Assembly (NCBI GenBank): GCA_044228285.1
Contig: JBGAVD010000006.1
Span: 66,077-130,076 of the forward strand
From: Chlorobiota bacterium
GTDB lineage: Bacteria; Bacteroidota; Ignavibacteria; Kapaibacteriales; NICIL-2
Direction: 5' to 3'
Length of the DNA stretch: 64,000 nt
Each line of letters starts with the position of its first letter. Within the stretch, counting starts at the first letter, position 1. This document shows, piece by piece, positions 49,073 to 59,300 of the stretch. The notes below the pieces were generated by a model that did not search any database, was not told where the DNA came from, and was given only the letters and a program-made list of their open reading frames with translations. The position numbers and the translations under genes are program-made.

Positions 49073-49575
49073 CAACGCGAAGGAGCACAGAAAAGCGTAG
49101 TAGATGTGCCCAGAGCACTATTCAACTCGCAGTGCATAAGTTCACTTTCGCTTAGGTCGTGAATTCATGAACGACCTTTCAACCCCGTGTACCAACTGGC
49201 TTCACCTCGACCTTTGGCTATCCTCTTACACTAGAGCTTTCCAGTAAATTATCTCGACAGTAGACTTCGATTCAGCTCAAAGCTCTGTCTCCACGCAGAT
49301 TTGTGACCGAATTCTTCGTTTCAGAGTACCCATCACTCGTGTTGTCAGCTTGTCGGCTGCACACTCTGTTCTATTTTTGCCATGCAGCAGTCACTCTTCG
49401 TAGCTCTGGGCTATCGTATCCTTCGTGTGAAGAGTACGAGCAATGCAGCAGCTATCGATCTACATTTCAATCTCAAAGCGTAATGGCACCGACCCTAAAG
49501 CACAGGCACTGCTAGTAGAGCAGAGCGTTTAGGGTAGTGGGTGGTATGCGCTCATCTTTTGTTTCCGTCGACACT

Positions 49576-51708
49576 ATGAATGCACAGGATCTTGGCGATC
49601 GTGCGTCTGCGTACAAGCCATGGCGATTACGTTTTATGGCAATCTTCTTCTTCGTTGGCTTTGTGGCTGTACTTGTGAAGTTGTTTGTTGTGCAGATTAT
49701 TAAGGGTCCGGAGTACCGTGAGCGAGCGCGCAAGCAGTATGAAGCGCGCGTCGATTTACGTCCAACACGCGGTTTAATCCTCGATCGACAAGGTCGCACC
49801 ATCGCCTCAACCATTCAAAGTGTTTCCTACGCGGTCGACCCAAAGATGCTAGAAAACCCCGAGCGCATCTGCACTCTTTTAGAGTTGGTGTGCGGCATCA
49901 AGCGTGAGGTGTTGATGGCGAAGATTCAGGCGAATAGAGACAAGAACTTTGTGTGGTTGGCGCGTGGCTATACCTTAAGCTCAGCCACTGCAGCCCTTGA
50001 TTCCATTAACGATGCAGGATTCATCCGTCTAGCCGAGCCTAAGCGCAATTACCTCTATGGTTCGCTGGCAGCTCAGCTTGTGGGTTGTACGAATGTTGAC
50101 AACAAGGGTTTGGCGGGTTTAGAGTTGGCTTACGATAGTCTCCTTCACGGTGAGTCTGGCTTTGAGATTATGCAACGAGACGGTCGTGGACGTCTGCGTC
50201 AAGTCATCGGTGCAAGCACCAAGGCAGCGCGCAATGGCTATTCGTTGGAGCTCACCATCGACGCTGAACTGCAGAGCATAGTGGAGCAAGAACTCTTGCG
50301 CGGCATGCAGAGTGCGGGAGCACAAAGTGCTATGGCTATAGCCCTCAACCCGCACACCGCAGAGATTCTTGCGATGGCATCGTATCCCACCTACAACCCG
50401 AACTCACTTCAAGAGTCGACGCCTGATGCAATGCGTATGCGGGGTATCACCGACATGTACGAGCCTGGCTCAACCTTTAAGCTGATTACTGCGGCAATGG
50501 CTATCGACAATCATCTTGTGGAGCCGAACAGTCAGGTAGATGGAATGGGCGGTATCATGACACTCAAGGACGGCACGATTGTGCGCGACCATGAGGCGCT
50601 CGGTATTTGTACCCTGGAACAAGCATTAGAGAAGTCGAGCAACATTGTCTTCGGGAATCTGGCGCGGTCCATCCCCGACGCCACCTTTTACAAATACACC
50701 CGCGATTTTGGTTTTGGTATTCCTATTGGATTTGATTTGAGTGGAGAGGCTCGAGGCATTTTAAAGACGCCAAAAGAGTACGACTATAGCACCAAGCTCT
50801 TTATGGGCTATGGGTATCAGCTTGCTGCAACTGCGTTGCAGCTTGCGAATGCGTATGCTACGGTGGCGAACGACGGACAGATGATGAAGCCGTACATCGT
50901 GCGCGGCATTCTTGATCAACACAATGCTCGAGTGAAAGAGTTTCGTCCACAGAAGATCCGTCAAGTCATCTCCAAAGAAAGCGCTCGCACACTGTCTAAT
51001 CTCTTCTGCTCCGTCGTAGAACGCGGAACTGGTATGGAAGCGCGCATTCAAGGCTTGCGTATTGCAGGGAAGACCGGCACAGCGCAGCAGCTTGTGGAGG
51101 GCAAGTACAACAAAGAGGCCTACACTGCATCCTTCATTGGCTACTATCCGGCGGATTCAGCAGAGATGGTAGTGTTGGTGATGTTGGATCGTCCAAAAAC
51201 CGACATCTACGGTGGACGCACCGCTGCACCAATTTTTCGCAACATCGTACAGCGCATTCTCTCCACCCCTTCCGTGAACGAGAATTTTCCCGCGTTGGCA
51301 CGTCTTGCAAAGTCTCAAGTCCCATCAGACAGCGTCAGCGTCCCCGACCTTCGAGGAATGCAATGGACACAAGCAGAACAACTCATCCACGAAAAAGGTC
51401 TACGTCTTGATCGAGGAAATGAGGAAGGAGTCATTGCCCGACAACAGCCAGTAGCCGGCTCACGGGTGATCCGAGGCACAACGCTAAGCATAGAGTACAG
51501 TACCGAGACAGGTCCCATCGCCAGCGATAGTACTCGTACACTTCTTGACAAACAACTCGACGTTCGAGGTCTCAGCCTACGCAGAGCCGTTGCCATTCTC
51601 CATGCCAACAACATCATCGTCCGCGTACAAGGCAGTGGACGGGTGCGCTCGCAAGAGTGGTCTACCCAGAAAAAACAACGTTACTGCACTCTCCACTGTA
51701 GCAACTAG
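49576..51708 (+). CDS. ftsI: Class B penicillin-binding protein with PASTA domains
   Basis: RG.I.DR, G..GLE, EPGSTFK (SxxK), KSSN, GKTGTAQ; C-terminal VPDLRG and DVRGLS PASTA repeats. Confidence 0.92.
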   Translation: MNAQDLGDRASAYKPWRLRFMAIFFFVGFVAVLVKLFVVQIIKGPEYRERARKQYEARVDLRPTRGLILDRQGRTIASTIQSVSYAVDPKMLENPERICTLLELVCGIKREVLMAKIQANRDKNFVWLARGYTLSSATAALDSINDAGFIRLAEPKRNYLYGSLAAQLVGCTNVDNKGLAGLELAYDSLLHGESGFEIMQRDGRGRLRQVIGASTKAARNGYSLELTIDAELQSIVEQELLRGMQSAGAQSAMAIALNPHTAEILAMASYPTYNPNSLQESTPDAMRMRGITDMYEPGSTFKLITAAMAIDNHLVEPNSQVDGMGGIMTLKDGTIVRDHEALGICTLEQALEKSSNIVFGNLARSIPDATFYKYTRDFGFGIPIGFDLSGEARGILKTPKEYDYSTKLFMGYGYQLAATALQLANAYATVANDGQMMKPYIVRGILDQHNARVKEFRPQKIRQVISKESARTLSNLFCSVVERGTGMEARIQGLRIAGKTGTAQQLVEGKYNKEAYTASFIGYYPADSAEMVVLVMLDRPKTDIYGGRTAAPIFRNIVQRILSTPSVNENFPALARLAKSQVPSDSVSVPDLRGMQWTQAEQLIHEKGLRLDRGNEEGVIARQQPVAGSRVIRGTTLSIEYSTETGPIASDSTRTLLDKQLDVRGLSLRRAVAILHANNIIVRVQGSGRVRSQEWSTQKKQRYCTLHCSN

Positions 51709-51918
51709 TAGTGTTAATTAGGTGAACCGAAGTCGAGCAGGAGTGCCTCTATGCGTACACATTACTCCCATGAGCGCGTATAGAAAGTGTCACTTTAAAT
51801 TTGATTTGCAGCATTCTTCAGGGTTTCTGAACTTGTGACACGCTTTGCTGCATCCTTCTTCCTTCAGCTGCGTAGTATCAGGGGACAACAGTATTCTTCA
51901 TTTTATCTAAGGGGTTTT

Positions 51919-52335
51919 ATGAATGCAACAAACAATCCGCCTATTCCGCGGGAGTTTGCGGTCTACGACGTAGTGATGTGCATCATTTTAAGCATCATCA
52001 CTTGCGGAATTTATTCACTTGTTTGGCAGAATCGTCAGTTTAGAATTATCAACGCATGGCTGGGTCGTGAAGAATACAACTTCTGGATGTGGCTGGGTCT
52101 CAGCCTCATTACCTGTGGTATTTATGCCATCTACATTGAATACAAATTTGCGAAGTCAATCAACGACATTCAACGTGCCAACGGTTTTCCATTTTCGGAG
52201 AACTTGCCTGTCTTAGCGATTATCCTCTCACTCATCGGCGGAAGTATTGTCGTATACGCCATCGAGCAATCTGAAATCAATCGCTGGTACTCACTTCCAG
52301 ATTCTCCAGGACCTGCAGGAACATTGACGGCCTAA
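51919..52335 (+). CDS. DUF4234-like membrane protein
   Basis: Two LS(I/L)ITCGIY motifs; Q.EIN at the end. Confidence 0.75.
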   Translation: MNATNNPPIPREFAVYDVVMCIILSIITCGIYSLVWQNRQFRIINAWLGREEYNFWMWLGLSLITCGIYAIYIEYKFAKSINDIQRANGFPFSENLPVLAIILSLIGGSIVVYAIEQSEINRWYSLPDSPGPAGTLTA

Positions 52336-52339
52336 GTTC

Positions 52340-52705
52340 ATGAGAAGTCGATCGCACTTCCCTTTTGTTATCATCGCTGCATGCTTCGCATGCGCTTTGC
52401 TCTTTGTGATAGATCCCAGTGAGCACACACTGATTCCGTGTGTGTTTCACAAAGTGACAGGTTATGAGTGCGCGGGTTGCGGTATGACCCGCGCCACTCA
52501 TCATCTTCTCCACGCAGAGTGGCAGCGCGCGTGGTTCTTCAATCCCCTCTCTTTCGCTATCCTACCCTCATTCGCATACTTCTTCGTACATCGCTACTTC
52601 CATCTCTTCCATCAGCGAAAACTCCCTCGTATCCAAGACTACCCGCTGCTCAACAAACTCTTCGCCATTGCGATAGTTGTGTTCATGGTTTGGCGGAATA
52701 TGTAG
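52340..52705 (+). CDS. DUF2752-family membrane protein
   Basis: PCVFHKVTGYECAGCGMTRA..L..W..A..FNPL, terminal RN. Confidence 0.88.
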   Translation: MRSRSHFPFVIIAACFACALLFVIDPSEHTLIPCVFHKVTGYECAGCGMTRATHHLLHAEWQRAWFFNPLSFAILPSFAYFFVHRYFHLFHQRKLPRIQDYPLLNKLFAIAIVVFMVWRNM

Positions 52706-52715
52706 AGCACGATCC

Positions 52716-52810
52716 TGAGGGTCTCAGCGCAGCTGAGGCTCTCAATGTGGCTAGCAGATGTGGCAAGCAGATGCGCAACCATTAGGGCCTCAGCTCCGCT
52801 GAGACCCTCA
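52716..52810. repeat. Long inverted repeat (REP-like pair) between convergent genes
   Basis: TGAGGGTCTCAGCGCAGCTGAGGC ... GCCTCAGCTCCGCTGAGACCCTCA (23/24 complementary); each arm is itself a CTCAGC/GCTGAG hairpin. Confidence 0.8.
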
Positions 52811-52872
52811 CGCAATGCGACACGCGAGGCTCTACGGACCTCGACGTTTATGTGTTTAGAGCGTGCTCCGCC

Positions 52873-53586
52873 CTACAGCAGTTGCCTCTCCGCCAAGCTT
52901 GTGTAACTCTCGCCTGCTATAATGATATGATCCAGGAGTTTGATGTCGATGATTGCACCAGACTCGCGCAGCTGTTTGGTGATGGCTAGGTCTTCGCGTG
53001 ACGGTTCGGTGTTGCCGCTGGGATGGTTGTGCAGCACGATGATGCTTGCAGCGCTTTCGCTGATGGCGCAGCGGAAGACTTCGCGGGGGTGGACGATGCT
53101 GGCGTTGAGGGAGCCTTCGCTGACGATGACTTCTCGGAAGACTTGATTTGCGGAGTTCATGAGGAGTACACGAAAGGACTCTTTGAGCAGACCTCGTAGA
53201 CGTGGAATGTAGTAGAGTGCAACGTCTTTGGCGGATCGAATGACTTGTCGGGAACTGAAGGGCGCGCTTTCAACTCTGCGACTCAACTCGAATGCAGCAC
53301 TGAGTGTGAGCGCCTTGGCTTGTCCTATGCCTTTCACGGATGCTAACTCGCTACTGTCACGATGAAGCAATTGATTGAGCTCACCGAATTTGCTGAGGAG
53401 TTCGCGAGCGGTGTCGACGGCCGACATCCCACGCGTGCCAGTACCGAGGAGTATTGCAAGGAGTTCGGTGTCGGAGAGTGTCTTTGACCCATGCGCCATC
53501 ATGCGCTCACGAGGTCGTTCGTCCTCACGCCATTCTCGTATGGAACGAAATGCAGAGGAGCTTTCACTATCAGGATATTCTTTCAT
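52873..53586 (-). CDS. radC: RadC (UPF0758, JAB domain) protein
   Basis: ERPRER, LSDTELLAILL.TG, GIGQAKA, VHPREVF, HNHPSG..EPS.ED, LDHIII. Start taken at MKEYPD. Confidence 0.93.
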   Translation of the reverse strand: MKEYPDSESSSAFRSIREWREDERPRERMMAHGSKTLSDTELLAILLGTGTRGMSAVDTARELLSKFGELNQLLHRDSSELASVKGIGQAKALTLSAAFELSRRVESAPFSSRQVIRSAKDVALYYIPRLRGLLKESFRVLLMNSANQVFREVIVSEGSLNASIVHPREVFRCAISESAASIIVLHNHPSGNTEPSREDLAITKQLRESGAIIDIKLLDHIIIAGESYTSLAERQLL

Positions 53587-53889
53587 CGCGTGTATGGGAA
53601 TAAGGAAACATGAGCACAAGCGCTCGCTGCACAAGAAACTTCTTTCAAAGCTTTGCGTCAGATCCCACACATGAGTTCGGCAAGTTGCATCGCAATACTC
53701 TTCCTAAACAAGGCAAGATGCGCTTTGGTACAAAGATCGATTGTGGTGAAAGTGGACATCTCGCCGACATAAAAAAGCAAATCAATAAGCCGCCTATTGA
53801 AGGCGCTATCACACACGCGTTGATGACCGTCTTGAGGAGAGCGCCGCCGCAGGCGGCAGGCGTTGAGGAAGAGACTTTTGATGAGGGAT

Positions 53890-53922
53890 AAAAAAAAACT
53901 CCCGACTTGCGTAGGGAGTTTT
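53890..53922 (-). terminator. Rho-independent terminator after the CADD gene
   Basis: AAAACTCCC..GGGAGTTTT stem; the A9 run on + gives a U-tract on -. Confidence 0.75.
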
Positions 53923-53960
53923 AAAAGAATGTGTTGCTAGTGCAGGCTTCAGACTGATGA

Positions 53961-54641
53961 TCAGTTCGAACACCATTTTTCGTACACACCATCGAGCAAT
54001 AGGTTGATTGCATCGGCAGCTTCGCGAGCTGAGTCCAGAGCGCGAACTTGCTGTTCTTCTGTACGACAGATGCGAAGAAGGGCATCGCGAGTGACTTCGC
54101 GGTGGATTTCGTCAGCGTGTTCGTGCACGGCGAAGAAAATCAGGGCGTCTTCGTTATCCATGTTGTAGTGTTTTTTCAGACCATCGATTTTGGTGGTCGA
54201 GACTTCAGGGATTTGTGACTCGTACGCGTAGAGTGCGGCCAGGCCAACAGCAGGGTTGTCATTCTTCGACAAAGTCTTCAGAATGCGTACCGACTCTTTG
54301 GTATGTGGCAGATACTCACGTGTTTGGATGTCTTCTTCCTTAAGGTCCAGTGATTTTGCAAAGCGGCGCCAGAGAGCGGGGTGATTACCCTCTCCGTGCT
54401 CTTCTTCCATGAGATTTTCGAGAAGCATTTGGCGAACTTCCATGTCTTCAGCACAAGCCGCATGCGTAGCACTCACATAGGTTGGGAAATGCCAAACCTG
54501 ATGGTAGTACTCTTGCGCGTACTCGCGGAGCATATCTTTGGTCAAGGTACCATGGTTCCACATCTGATAAAAAGGATGTTGGAGCATGTGACGCTCGTTA
54601 ATAATGGCGTCGAGTTGGTCAAGAAACTCTTTGTCAGTCAT
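53961..54641 (-). CDS. CADD-family (TenA/PqqC-like) putative self-sacrificing p-aminobenzoate synthase
   Basis: MLQHPFYQMW, YAQEYY, ENLMEEE..NHP.LW, ALYAYESQIP, TKIDGL, FAVHEHADEIH. Confidence 0.85.
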   Translation of the reverse strand: MTDKEFLDQLDAIINERHMLQHPFYQMWNHGTLTKDMLREYAQEYYHQVWHFPTYVSATHAACAEDMEVRQMLLENLMEEEHGEGNHPALWRRFAKSLDLKEEDIQTREYLPHTKESVRILKTLSKNDNPAVGLAALYAYESQIPEVSTTKIDGLKKHYNMDNEDALIFFAVHEHADEIHREVTRDALLRICRTEEQQVRALDSAREAADAINLLLDGVYEKWCSN

Positions 54642-54779
54642 GAGTGAGTCCTCTCAGATTGATGGTTTTGTGGATTCAATTGTAAGCAATTTCAGCAATT
54701 TGCCGTTCGTGGACTGCAAAACTACAGAGATTTCCTATTTTCGTCTGAGATTTTTCAACAACGAGTACCTGGCCTCATC

Positions 54780-55073
54780 ATGGAAATGATGGATAATGAC
54801 ACCCTTGAACTTCAAGAAAGTATCGTTGAGGAGCTTGCAACCGACACTTTATCGGCGAAATGCATCCTTTTTGACGATGATTGGCATACTTTTGAAGAAG
54901 TGATCGATCAGATCGTCAAGGCCACCAAGTGTTCGAAGGAACGGGCAGAGCGCCACACCATGGAAGTGCATTACAACGGCAAATCAATTGTCTACACCGG
55001 AGATCTGGGCCGATGCCTTAGCGTCAGCTCCATTCTTGAAGAGATTTCCCTTCGTACGAACGTTGAGTGCTAA
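54780..55073 (+). CDS. clpS: ATP-dependent Clp protease adaptor ClpS
   Basis: ILFDDDWHTFEEVI, A...T.EVH..GKS.V. Confidence 0.82.
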   Translation: MEMMDNDTLELQESIVEELATDTLSAKCILFDDDWHTFEEVIDQIVKATKCSKERAERHTMEVHYNGKSIVYTGDLGRCLSVSSILEEISLRTNVEC

Positions 55074-55129
55074 AGCCGTAGCTTTCCCCCGCAGTATTCG
55101 CACTACTGCAGCACTTTTCGCAAACATCC

Positions 55130-55972
55130 ATGCCATACAGTGAACGGCAGCAACACATTGCCAGGCTCATCGCAGAGCGTGGGAATCTTTCTACTGTTGA
55201 GTACCTGCTCCGCATCAGCCCCGATCAACGCGAGGTTGATGGCCAACAATGGCAGGACCTGGTCAACGCCGATCCTCAACGCTTCCACATGTTCATTCCT
55301 CAATGGAATCAACGGAACTCCTGGCTGCTCTTCGCCATTCAGGCCGATACGCACATGGCTGTTATCGACTACCTGACGGTTGTGCGCGACCTGCTGGCGC
55401 GGAAGCTGGTAACGGTGTTGCCCGACCCTAAGCGACACGTCCGCCCGGCTGCCATCGTGAGCTCGATCAATCCTCCGTCGGTAAGCGAACGCGACCAATC
55501 CGCGCTGGAAATTGATGCCCTGCTGCAAACAACTAGCGAGCTGCTCAACCTGGCTATCTATACCGAACGTGTGTATGCGCTGCCTTCACTCAATGACTTT
55601 ATCAGCCATAACTTTCAAAGCACCGAAGAGCGCTCTCTGGTTACGAACTCGTCGAGTCAACAGCAACAATTGCGTACACTCAGCCGACTCTCCTACGCAA
55701 CCATCGCCATTGCCACGCTCTTCGTTATAGCCCTCATCGTGGCTCTGTTCCTGCATTGTCGCCATTGTGGCACTCACGACTCTCAGTGCCAATATCATCA
55801 CTCTGAGTCTGCGCCTGCGCTCAGCAGCCAACCTTCTACGCTCCCGCGCTCTGTTGAGTCGGCACCGTTGATCGTACATGACACCCTCGTTATCCATGAC
55901 ACGGTCAGCACGCCAAAACAGAACCAAAAGAAGAAGAAGAAACGGCGCCGCTATATCGATATGAGCGAATAA
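55130..55972 (+). CDS. Hypothetical single-TM protein
   Basis: 280-aa ORF following clpS; one TM, His/Cys patch, VHDTLVIHDT, Lys-rich tail. Confidence 0.6.
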   Translation: MPYSERQQHIARLIAERGNLSTVEYLLRISPDQREVDGQQWQDLVNADPQRFHMFIPQWNQRNSWLLFAIQADTHMAVIDYLTVVRDLLARKLVTVLPDPKRHVRPAAIVSSINPPSVSERDQSALEIDALLQTTSELLNLAIYTERVYALPSLNDFISHNFQSTEERSLVTNSSSQQQQLRTLSRLSYATIAIATLFVIALIVALFLHCRHCGTHDSQCQYHHSESAPALSSQPSTLPRSVESAPLIVHDTLVIHDTVSTPKQNQKKKKKRRRYIDMSE

Positions 55973-56364
55973 ACTCAAAAGCTGTAGCGCGCGGTCTTTT
56001 GATGTGAGCTTGTATTCTCTGTCGTAGTCCCCTTTTGCCACGAACAAGGACGGTCGCGCTTTGCCTTGATGGTATTGCGTCAGGAGATTTTTCTTACACG
56101 AGCGCCGCTGCGCGTCGCACGGGCCTCCTGCTCTCTCCAGGCCTCGTCGGAATCCCCGGCCTAGGCTGTCCCTTCCGTATATTGCCTGCAATTGTCTTGA
56201 CCCGAACTACGTCTCTCAGTAGAGCTAGGAGCTCAGAATGCTCTTGGCTTGAGTATACAGGGTTTTTGGTCAAGAATACAGACATCAACTTCGCTGGCAA
56301 CTCCGTTTAAACGTCTTCGCATCGACGTTTAGCTCTGAGTACAAACGGCTCATCAACGCGCACT

Positions 56365-59300
56365 ATGAAAATTGGACACTACGAATTCCATCGTCCGGCA
56401 GCTCGCTCTTTGCGAGCTCAGGCGACGCGTCTTCGCAGTCTGGCGCGCTTTATCATGTGGTCGATTATTGTTGCCTTTTCCCTGCTCTTTGTGCTCGGAA
56501 TCACCACTGCCGTTGTGGTACAAACAGATTGGTTCCACCGCTGGGCTGCAGAGAAACTCACTGCTGTGCTCTCCGACGAACTTGAAGCTAAGCTCGAGTT
56601 CCGCTCCATTCGTTTTAATCTGTTCAAAGGCATTGAGCTGGACTCAGTGCATCTCAGTACTCGTGGCGATACCGTGCTCTCAGCCAGCTCCTTACGCTTG
56701 AGGTATGAACTAGAGCCGCTGTTGATCAGACATATCGTGATCAGCGAGGTACAGCTGCTGGATGCCAACATACGCTTACTACGAAGCAAGCAGGATAGCA
56801 CCTGGAATGTGGATCATATCGTAAAACCTAGTCCTGACGATCCCAATAAGAAGCCTCTGGATTGGGGAATAACCGTGCGCAATGTTGCGCTGCTTAATGC
56901 GCGAGTGCGCGTATGCGACTCACTCTCTTTCGAACCCATTGAGAACCGTCTGCACTATACTCGCCTGGACCTCGACTCTGTGAATCTTCGCATGTCGGCA
57001 ACCTTGAATCTGGCAGCGAAGCAGTATGCTGTGAGTATCGACGATCTGCAGTGTATTGAACACCGATGCGCTTTGCACATCGAGCATTTGCGCTGCGCGG
57101 CAGAAATAGACTCATCGCACATTGCGCTACGAAATCTGCGGTTCATGACTCCGGGTTCAAACTTTCATCTTCATGGAAGCATAGACTCGACCAACGTCTT
57201 CGATTCTACAACGGACCTCGCAACACGTCCACTCAACTTGCACATCGAGCCTTCGAAGCTCATGGCGCATGATATCAACTTGTTCCTACCGCCAGACTTC
57301 TCGCTCGGAGCAGATTTCGAACTACATTCTACGGTGAGCGGCAACCTCAATGTCATGCACTTTGATGTTGATCGTGTGCAGACGCAGAATACTGAGTTGC
57401 ACGGCAGCTATACCATGCACAACGTAGCCAATGCACGACCTTTCATATACGAGGTAGAGTTACAACACTCGTCGGCAAACTTCTCAGACATCCGACGAGC
57501 ACTCCCCACTCTAAAGATGGGTGAGATTGCCTTCCTCGATCATTTGCGCTTGGATCAGACTCGAGTGTACGGAACCAAAGATTCGATAGCTGCGATAGTG
57601 GGAGTGCAAGGAGACTTCGGACAAGTGCAAGGCACGGTTGGACTACTGACGCGTGAGAAACTTGTCTATAACGCTGAGCTCGATGTTCAGTCATTCGATA
57701 CCTATCCATTCACACAGAAGTATAGTCAGGCGAGTCGTTTAAACGGACACCTCAGCCTTGACGGCAGTGGAACCACACTCGATGATCTGCAGGCACAACT
57801 GGGCTTACATCTCAATCACTCGTCGTTCGGCGGTAAAGACATCTCCAGTTTGCAACTCAATGCATCTATGCTGGCAAAAGTGTTGACTGTAGACACCCTG
57901 GATGTACGATTTCCTTTAAGCGCAGCAGACAGCACTGTTGGCTACAGCGCAGCAGATCAGCGAGAGCTACGCTTGAAAGGTGCACTTGACCTCAATGATG
58001 TGACCATGCCTGCCTACAGTGTGCAAGCCCGTACGCAACTTATGCCCTTGGCACAGCTAGTGGGCGACAACAACCTGCCACAGTCGTTTAGTGCAGACAT
58101 AAAATGCAATGGAGTTGGTTTTCATCCGGATAGTCTTCAAGTGGATTTGCAGACCGACGTCACCGACTTCATTCTCACAGATGGCGCTTTGTTCCCCTTC
58201 AAGCTCTCTGCAAAACTGAGTAGAAGTGATGCACAGCATCGACACTTAGAATTGCATTCAGACTTTGCTGATGCCAACGTTGACGGACGTTATCGTTTAG
58301 GAACAGCATGGTCAGTATTTCTTGTGCACATTGGCATGCTTGACAAGTATGTACGCAATCACTATGCGAAGGCACAGAGCGACAGTGCATCGTTCAAGCC
58401 AATGCTGCCGTATAGCTTGCCAGATGATACTCTTGACTTGAAGTACAATCTCAAAGTTCGAGGTATGGCCGCTATCGCACCATTTATCAAAGGCGTTCGA
58501 TTGGATGCGCGCGGCAATATCAGTGGATCTATTTCTGGGACGCCAAGTTGTTATCAATTCGTTGTCGACACGGCTAGGGTTCGTCGCTTCAGTATGCGCA
58601 TCGATCAGGACTTTGTGTACTCACAGCCTATTACGATGTCATTGCATATGCAAACAGAGAACATGACATCTCAGCCCTTTATCGAACAGGCGATACTCAA
58701 CATACGCTGTGATAGCGTGCTACGCATAAACACCACAAGATTTGTTGTCCCAAGATTCAACATCACCATCCTCGACGACCATGCTCGGTTCATGCTTTCA
58801 ACACGCATGGAGAATCACATTCCTCTCTATGCTCGCGGAAGTATGCATAACGAAGGAAACATTTACCGCGTCAATCTCGATTCACTCTATGCCGGTTGGA
58901 GTCGCTCGCTAGCATTTCGCACCACTCATCCGGCGCATTTGCTCATGAGTCCGCAGGGAGTTCGTGTTGACAGCTTGAGCCTGCAGTACATTGGAGGGGA
59001 GGATCGAATTTCGTTGAGCGGGCTTTTCAATTCCAACTCCTTCGATCACATGAAGGTCGACCTTCGTCAATTCGATGTAGAAACACTCAAGAAGATTCCT
59101 GAGCTTGTTTCGGTAAACGCATTGCAGATGTTAGGTGGAGTTGTTGATAGTCTTAGCGTTGATATTCACGGCAAGTACAGTGCCCCACGCTTTGAGGTAC
59201 AAGGAAGAATGATGGACATGCGCTACAATGATGTCCCCATTGGCGTGCAATCTCTGCAGGGAAGTTATGACGGGAAGAACATTCGTGCGACCTCGACTGT

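Noticed and set aside
52873-53586. radC as a marker of a mobile element
   Set aside because: It is the full-length chromosomal type with an N-terminal HhH region, and no integrase or conjugation genes are nearby.
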